Source of the DNA: an uncultured Micavibrio sp.
GTDB taxonomy: Bacteria > Pseudomonadota > Alphaproteobacteria > Micavibrionales > Micavibrionaceae
Direction of reading: 5' to 3'
Assembly: GCA_964478225.1 (NCBI GenBank)
Contig: CAYZHM010000003.1
Coordinates: 64,632-128,631 of the forward strand
Length of the DNA stretch: 64,000 nt
A model generated the notes under the pieces. The model was not told the origin of the DNA. It did not search any database and was given only the letters and a program-made list of their open reading frames with translations. The first letter of the stretch is position 1; each line of letters begins with the position of its first letter. This document shows, piece after piece, positions 58,860-64,000 of this stretch. Made by a program: the position numbers and the translations under genes.

Positions 58860-59993
58860 TTAAGCTGCGCGCAGACCAAAAAATTCGAGTTGCCAGTGTA
58901 AAGCTTGCTCGGTGAGCGGGTAATCTGTGCCGCCTTTTGGGTAAACAATCTCGTTCGGCGCAACACGCCCCAAATCCTTTTGCAAATGAAACGCCATTCG
59001 CATGGACAGGCCTGCTTGCCAGCACAACGCAACAATCCCCTTCGCGGCTCGCATTTCAAAAATCTTTTTGACCTGCACGATCCCGGTCTTGGCCAAATAG
59101 GCAATCGCACCATAAACAAAATCATGGTCCAGCATGGCCAAAGCATCGGAAACAGCTTCCTCATCCAACCTTTTATTCTGGATCAAGGTTTTCAGGCGTG
59201 TCTCCATAGATGACAAACTGTGATTATGCTGAGAGACAAACGCCATCCGCCGGCGAAACACGCGCAGAACTTCAGCACATAATCCAATATCAAAATCTTT
59301 TTGGCGCATCAAAACATCCTGAATGGCCGTATCGATAAAAAGATCCATCTCACGCAGAACAGAAACAGGCAAAGGATGATGCAGCGTTGAGGGATTTTTC
59401 CACTCTGGATATGCACGCGCATTGTCGACGATGACCGAAAGAAAATTTTCCGACAAAGCTTGCCCCGGCCCCTCGCCAATCATCAGCATTTCATCATCGG
59501 CAATATAAGGCCGCCCAGCCGCAGATTCAGCAGCCCATCCTGACGGGTGTGATTTTAAAATCTCCAACAAATCTTCATCCGATAACCCCACACAAAATCT
59601 CAAAATCGGCTCAGAGATTTCACGCTCAACATCGCGCGTAACATCCATTGCCATCTTGGGGGGCATATAGGCATGGTCTCTTAAAGTACTTGCCAGCGCT
59701 TTGCGGATTTTCAAAATCTCGTCCAATGCCAGCGTGCCAAGCCCTTGCACAACAAAGGCATAAAGGCGCGCGTGCTTATCCTCCGGCAACCCAGGTAATA
59801 ACTCCACCAACCGTCCAGCCAAAGCCAAACGCACATCATCATTAGGCTCTGGGGGGTAAAAATTTGCCTTCCTAGAGACAAAAGTGGCTCCTGACTGCCC
59901 ATGAAAGCCGGAATCCGAAAACCCGCGCCCAGCCTTAACTTGCGCGCGTTCAGCAGGCTTTTTACGCCCGTTTTGTGTAAAAAACGCCAACAT
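58860..59993 (-). CDS. DUF2336-like protein
   Basis: Helical-repeat protein. C-terminal AKGIVALCWQAGLSMRMAFHLQKDLG...YPLTEQALHWQLEFFG resembles the DUF2336 C-terminus as recalled. ATG at 59993 preferred. Confidence 0.55.
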   Translation of the reverse strand: MLAFFTQNGRKKPAERAQVKAGRGFSDSGFHGQSGATFVSRKANFYPPEPNDDVRLALAGRLVELLPGLPEDKHARLYAFVVQGLGTLALDEILKIRKALASTLRDHAYMPPKMAMDVTRDVEREISEPILRFCVGLSDEDLLEILKSHPSGWAAESAAGRPYIADDEMLMIGEGPGQALSENFLSVIVDNARAYPEWKNPSTLHHPLPVSVLREMDLFIDTAIQDVLMRQKDFDIGLCAEVLRVFRRRMAFVSQHNHSLSSMETRLKTLIQNKRLDEEAVSDALAMLDHDFVYGAIAYLAKTGIVQVKKIFEMRAAKGIVALCWQAGLSMRMAFHLQKDLGRVAPNEIVYPKGGTDYPLTEQALHWQLEFFGLRAA

Positions 59994-60102
59994 ACTGCCT
60001 CTTATACAAGCAATTTTGAGGCCAAAAACAGCACGAAAAAGGCTTTGTCTCTGCCCCAAAATTCAGTAGCCTCATACATAGGAATTCACCTATGAGAAAC
60101 CC

Positions 60103-60993
60103 ATGATCCTAAAAAAGACATTCAATTTTATAGCCACAGGATTATATGCCGCAACACTGAGTGCCAATTCTCAAGCTGCCCCATTCACAGCCACTCTGCG
60201 AGGCAATGTCATATCATCAGGATCATCCTCCCTCTTCCCGACAGGCCACCCTGTTGAAATCATTTTTGAAAACGGTGAAAGCAACACACCAGTTAAATTA
60301 AATACGCCTGCCTCGATGCAATTTGAAAATGTCTTCTCCAACGCCCGCATCACCGGATTAAATAACCTCATCACTCAAAATTTTCCAGGCCTCAATTCCA
60401 CCGGCCTTTACGATCAGGAACCGCAAGTTGTTAATTTTGGCGGCAGTAACATCTTCACGTACGGTGATGAAATCCGCAGCAAATTTGCAAACGCCGAGGG
60501 ACAAGCCGCTTTCACCGCCACCACATTCACAAGCGGAACCCTTACAGATGACCCCACACTTGAAGCCCCCGACCTTGGCCTCAACAAACTTGCTCTTCTC
60601 GATAATACTCAAAACACAACATTCGGATCCATGAGCTGGGCCTATACTGACCCCGTTCACCCCGCGAAAAATTATTTTGTCACCATTCTGACGGTATCAG
60701 TTGATGGTCTCACCATAGATCTCCCCCCTATTCCCGGAGACTTTAATAACGATAGAGCCGTAAATGGCAACGATCTCACCATTTGGAAGAACAACTTCGG
60801 CAGCCTGTATGACGGAAGTGATTTCCTCACCTGGCAGCGCAATTTCACACCACCCTCAACCACGCACTCCACCCCAGAACCCTCAACGGTTTTCCTTACA
60901 ATTTTGGCAGCAGGCGCGACCTTCTGCCTGGGCAGAAACTTAAGAAACAAAGACAAAGCCATTGAAATAAAACAGGATTTTGATTTTTATTGA
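60103..60993 (+). CDS. PEP-CTERM protein with dockerin/EF-hand-like motif
   Basis: Signal peptide, GDFNNDRAVNGNDLTIWKNNFG..DGSDFLTWQRNF, and C-terminal TPEPSTVFLTILAAGATFCLGRNLRNK. Confidence 0.7.
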   Translation: MILKKTFNFIATGLYAATLSANSQAAPFTATLRGNVISSGSSSLFPTGHPVEIIFENGESNTPVKLNTPASMQFENVFSNARITGLNNLITQNFPGLNSTGLYDQEPQVVNFGGSNIFTYGDEIRSKFANAEGQAAFTATTFTSGTLTDDPTLEAPDLGLNKLALLDNTQNTTFGSMSWAYTDPVHPAKNYFVTILTVSVDGLTIDLPPIPGDFNNDRAVNGNDLTIWKNNFGSLYDGSDFLTWQRNFTPPSTTHSTPEPSTVFLTILAAGATFCLGRNLRNKDKAIEIKQDFDFY

Positions 60994-61045
60994 CATAGTG
61001 CCGGAATCTGTTATGATCCGCTAGTATAAATTAAGGGGAAATTAT

Positions 61046-61429
61046 ATGTTCAAACAACTAAGCAACCAGTTTTCAAAGGCCGCAATTATCGCCGGCGCAA
61101 CAATTGCGCCTTTCGCAGGACAAGCAGACAAAGCAGAAGCCGCTGTCATTCCAGTCATTTGCGGGGATTTCAATGGCGACGGCACTGTAAACGGCGCAGA
61201 TCTGACAAAGTGGAAAACCAACTTCGGAACAGGAACGCCCCCAGGAATTACATACGATGGCGACAGTTTTCTTTGCTGGCAACGTAACTTTGGCGCAACA
61301 TTCCCGGCAACCCCGGCTTTTAATGCGACAACCAGCGCCACACCTGAACCGTCCTCAGCAGTCCTCGGCATCACTGCTGCTGCCTTCGGTGCATTGGCTC
61401 TGCGCAAAAGAGAACCAAGCCCGGCATAA
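61046..61429 (+). CDS. Small PEP-CTERM protein with dockerin/EF-hand-like motif
   Basis: 127 aa. Leader, GDFNGDGTVNGADLTKWKTNFG...DGDSFLCWQRNFG, and C-terminal TPEPSSAVLGITAAAFGALALRKRE. Confidence 0.7.
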   Translation: MFKQLSNQFSKAAIIAGATIAPFAGQADKAEAAVIPVICGDFNGDGTVNGADLTKWKTNFGTGTPPGITYDGDSFLCWQRNFGATFPATPAFNATTSATPEPSSAVLGITAAAFGALALRKREPSPA

Positions 61430-61436
61430 CTTCAGC

Positions 61437-62525
61437 TTATAACTGATACTCCGCGCTTTGCATTTCCTGCAATCGTGAAATCGTGCGCTCGAACTCAAAC
61501 GCATGATCATGTCCGTAATAAAGACGCTCCGGCGGCGCTGCGGCGCTGATGATCACTTTTGTTTTATTCTCATACAAGGCATCAATCAAAGTCATAAAAC
61601 GCTTGGCTTCGTTCCGGCGATCGTACCCCATTTTGCGGACATTTTCTAAAAAGACAGTATGATATGTCTCGGCAATCTTAATAAAGTCTTCCGCCCCATG
61701 GGGCTGCTCACACAATTGTTGAAAGGTAAAACGCGCAACCCCCGCGGCTGCTTCGGCAACCTCAATTTCTCTGCCCTTAACTTTCAAAACTTCGGATACG
61801 GCCGGCGCGTCCTGCGTCAATCGTTTGAATAACACATCCATCTTGCGATCAGTAAATTCATTGACCGGGCACAAATAATATTCCCCCGTTCCATTAAACT
61901 GTGTGCGGTAATCCGTCGGACTATCCAGATGAACAACCTGCATATGTGATTTCAAGAGCTCAATAAACGGCAGGAACCGATCACGCTGCAACCCACCTTT
62001 ATACAAATCGTCCGGCGCCCAGTTCGACGTCGCCACAACCAGCACACCCTGCTCAAAAAGCGCCGTAAACAAACGCCCTAAAATCATCGCATCCGCCACG
62101 TCAGTGACATGGAATTCATCAAAACACAACACACGCGACGTTTCTGCAATCCGGCATGCATAAGACGGGAGCAACCCATCAATTCCAACCCCAAAATCTT
62201 CGTCTTGCCTACGGTCATGAAAATAATCATGTGTTTCAATCATGAATTCATGAAAATGAACGCGCCGCTTCTGAAGCGTCTCAGGCAGCACACTGAAAAA
62301 CAAATCCATCAACATCGATTTACCGCGGCCAACCCCGCCATAAATATAAACACCGCGCGTCACATCGCTTTTTTTATGAAGCAGCCCGGCATACCATTTT
62401 TTTGATTTTGACTTCACAATATCCAAATAGAGATTATCCAAAACCTGCGCGGCATGCAGCTGCGCGGGATCGCTCTGGATTTCGCCCTTATTCAGTTTTT
62501 GTTTGTAAATGTCCAGCGGTGTCAT
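61437..62525 (-). CDS. zapE: AFG1/ZapE-family ATPase
   Basis: N-terminus MTPLDIYKQKL...DPAQ, Walker A GGVGRGKSMLMD, Walker B VLCFDEFHV. ATG at 62525 preferred. Confidence 0.85.
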   Translation of the reverse strand: MTPLDIYKQKLNKGEIQSDPAQLHAAQVLDNLYLDIVKSKSKKWYAGLLHKKSDVTRGVYIYGGVGRGKSMLMDLFFSVLPETLQKRRVHFHEFMIETHDYFHDRRQDEDFGVGIDGLLPSYACRIAETSRVLCFDEFHVTDVADAMILGRLFTALFEQGVLVVATSNWAPDDLYKGGLQRDRFLPFIELLKSHMQVVHLDSPTDYRTQFNGTGEYYLCPVNEFTDRKMDVLFKRLTQDAPAVSEVLKVKGREIEVAEAAAGVARFTFQQLCEQPHGAEDFIKIAETYHTVFLENVRKMGYDRRNEAKRFMTLIDALYENKTKVIISAAAPPERLYYGHDHAFEFERTISRLQEMQSAEYQL

Positions 62526-63273
62526 TTTTTTGAACGCGGCGTACAAGGAAAATTGAAAGCTCATACAGACCCATAATCGGAACCGCGAGCAAAATTTGAG
62601 AAAGCACATCAGGCGGAGTTAAAAACGCCGCAACAATGAACGTAACAATAATCGCATATTTGCGCCCTTTGGCCAATGTCTCTGCCGTAACCATCCCCGC
62701 TTTGCCCAGCAACGTGAGCAAAACAGGAAGCTGAAAACACAATCCAAAGGCAAAAATCAACGCGATAATCAGGTCAAGATATTCGCTAACACGCGCCTCC
62801 AGTTGAATAGGCAAAGCCGTTTGCGATGCCGTTGTCTGAAAACTAAGGAAAAACGGCCACGCCATCGGCATCACCAGATAATAAACGCAAGCCCCACCGC
62901 AAAAAAACAAAACAGGTGTCGCAATCAAAAACGGTAAAAAGGCCATCCGTTCGTTCTTATACAGCCCAGGCGCGATAAAGGCCCAGATCTGAAACAACAA
63001 AACCGGAAACGTCAAAAATATCCCGGCAAAAAACGCCACCTTCACATAAGTGAAAAACGCCTCGGTCAAACCCGTATAAATCAAACGCTGCGACCCTTCA
63101 TCTCCCATTGCCGCCGCAAGGGGCTGAACCAAAAACCCGTAAATATCGTCAACAAAAACAAAAGCAATCCCTGTCCCGACAGCCATAGCCAAAGCCACCC
63201 AGAGCAACCGCGTGCGCAGCTCTGTCAAATGTGATACCAGCGACTTGGCTTCAGAGCTTTCCATCATCACCAT
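62488..63273 (-). CDS. tatC: Sec-independent translocase TatC
   Basis: SHLTELRTRLLW N-terminus and six TM segments. The start is ambiguous among ATGs at 63273, 63267 and 63264. Confidence 0.93.
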   Translation of the reverse strand: MVMMESSEAKSLVSHLTELRTRLLWVALAMAVGTGIAFVFVDDIYGFLVQPLAAAMGDEGSQRLIYTGLTEAFFTYVKVAFFAGIFLTFPVLLFQIWAFIAPGLYKNERMAFLPFLIATPVLFFCGGACVYYLVMPMAWPFFLSFQTTASQTALPIQLEARVSEYLDLIIALIFAFGLCFQLPVLLTLLGKAGMVTAETLAKGRKYAIIVTFIVAAFLTPPDVLSQILLAVPIMGLYELSIFLVRRVQKNDTAGHLQTKTE

Positions 63274-63535
63274 CTTGGGGCGCAACCACGAGATCCTCGT
63301 CTTCTGCACTTTCATCAAAATCACGCGCCTCAAAATTCACCGAACGGCGCAAATCATCGAGATTGTTATCTTGCATAAATTCTTCAAATTGCTGGGAAAA
63401 AGCGTAGCGAATATAACGAAGACGCCTGACGATGCGCCCCAAAGCCTGCATCACGACCGGTATATCTTTGGGCCCGATGACAACAACTGTCACCGCCACA
63501 ATAACCAGCAATTCCGCCCATCCAAAATCAAGCAT
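63251..63535 (-). CDS. tatB: Sec-independent translocase TatB
   Basis: MLDFGWAELLVIVAVTVVVIGPKDIP is a typical TatA/B N-terminus. It lies between tatA and tatC. Confidence 0.85.
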   Translation of the reverse strand: MLDFGWAELLVIVAVTVVVIGPKDIPVVMQALGRIVRRLRYIRYAFSQQFEEFMQDNNLDDLRRSVNFEARDFDESAEDEDLVVAPQDGDDGKL

Positions 63536-63584
63536 GGGAGGCACTATACGCCTGAATAGCCTAAGGGAACAAGAGTTTTAAAAA

Positions 63585-63761
63585 TTACTCTTTATCTTTG
63601 TTTTCAAGGGACTTAACGTCAGAATCTTCATCCTTCAGCCCTTTTTTAAAGCTGCGGATGCCTTTTGCCAGGTTTTCCATGATCCCGGGAACCCGGCCAG
63701 CCCCAAAAAGCAGGACAACCAAGAGAATGACAAGTACTATCTGAAGTGGACCGGGGCTCAT
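63585..63761 (-). CDS. tatA: Sec-independent translocase TatA
   Basis: Hand translation gives [58 protein letters not shown] (58 aa, below the track cutoff). Its ATG overlaps the scpB stop as ATGA. Confidence 0.85.
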   Translation of the reverse strand: MSPGPLQIVLVILLVVLLFGAGRVPGIMENLAKGIRSFKKGLKDEDSDVKSLENKDKE

Positions 63762-64000
63762 ATGATAATTCTTTCTCCAAGTGGTTCTTCGAATTCCTCT
63801 TCTTTATCACGCCCGTCATCATTTGCAAAGAGATCACCGGAATCAGGGATAGTCTCAATTGCAGGGCGCCGGTCCAGCAACCCGGAAGCCTTGAGATCAT
63901 CAAGACCTGGCAAATCTGTAATGCTCTCCAACGAGAAATGATCTAAAAAGGCAGGCGTCGTCAACCAGGTCAAAGGACGGCCCGGCGTTTCGCGCCGACG
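63758..64000 (-). CDS. scpB: Segregation and condensation protein B (C-terminal part; N-terminus off the right edge)
   Basis: The frame is open to the window edge: [33 protein letters not shown] matches the conserved ScpB C-terminal region, followed by an acidic tail. Confidence 0.8.
   Translation of the reverse strand, partial: RRRETPGRPLTWLTTPAFLDHFSLESITDLPGLDDLKASGLLDRRPAIETIPDSGDLFANDDGRDKEEEFEEPLGERIII

Noticed and set aside
63646-63903. 85-aa minus-strand ORF listed in the track
   Set aside because: It is out of frame with, and overlaps, the clear tatA and scpB coding frames. Its product is W/C/G/P-rich junk.

Overview
Compact chromosomal segment, about 72 CDS. I saw no rRNA, tRNA, CRISPR array or transposase. 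Gene content suggests an alphaproteobacterium (inference): class I LysRS, an atpHAGDC F1 operon without F0 genes, DUF484-xerC, a DUF2336-like protein, scpB-tatABC and sucCDAB-lpdA. Confident housekeeping calls are purB, bfr, bfd, a cyclophilin PPIase, a GH13 alpha-glucosidase, cspA, uvrB, lysK, a DinG-family helicase, pabBAC, a LOG-family protein, atpHAGDC, priA, tal, xerC, lpdA, sucABCD, thiE/D/L, mdh, zapE, tatABC and scpB (partial). Many neighbouring genes overlap by 4 nt (ATGA). The unusual feature is that conserved operons are interrupted by orphan, often AT-richer genes. Main candidates for an undescribed system: (1) 11.18-11.96 kb, a Phd/YefM-like antitoxin plus an unrecognisable 156-aa partner. 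They are driven by a consensus TTGACA-17-TATAAT promoter embedded in a perfect palindrome, next to an AT-rich membrane-anchored ORF translationally coupled to uvrB. (2) 41.35-43.21 kb, an unknown 341-aa protein plus an extended dCMP-deaminase-like protein, inserted antiparallel between lpdA and sucB. (3) A 110-aa ORF wedged between atpA and atpG. (4) 54.0-56.8 kb, a coupled coiled-coil protein and G/N/Y/P-rich repeat protein. (5) Three paralogous PEP-CTERM proteins with a dockerin/EF-hand-like motif around a DUF2336-like gene. (6) An orphan flagellin-family protein with an inserted beta-rich domain. (7) An isochorismatase-like hydrolase inside a thiE-thiD-thiL operon that itself sits between sucA and sucB. 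All family assignments come from motif recognition by eye. No database search was run.
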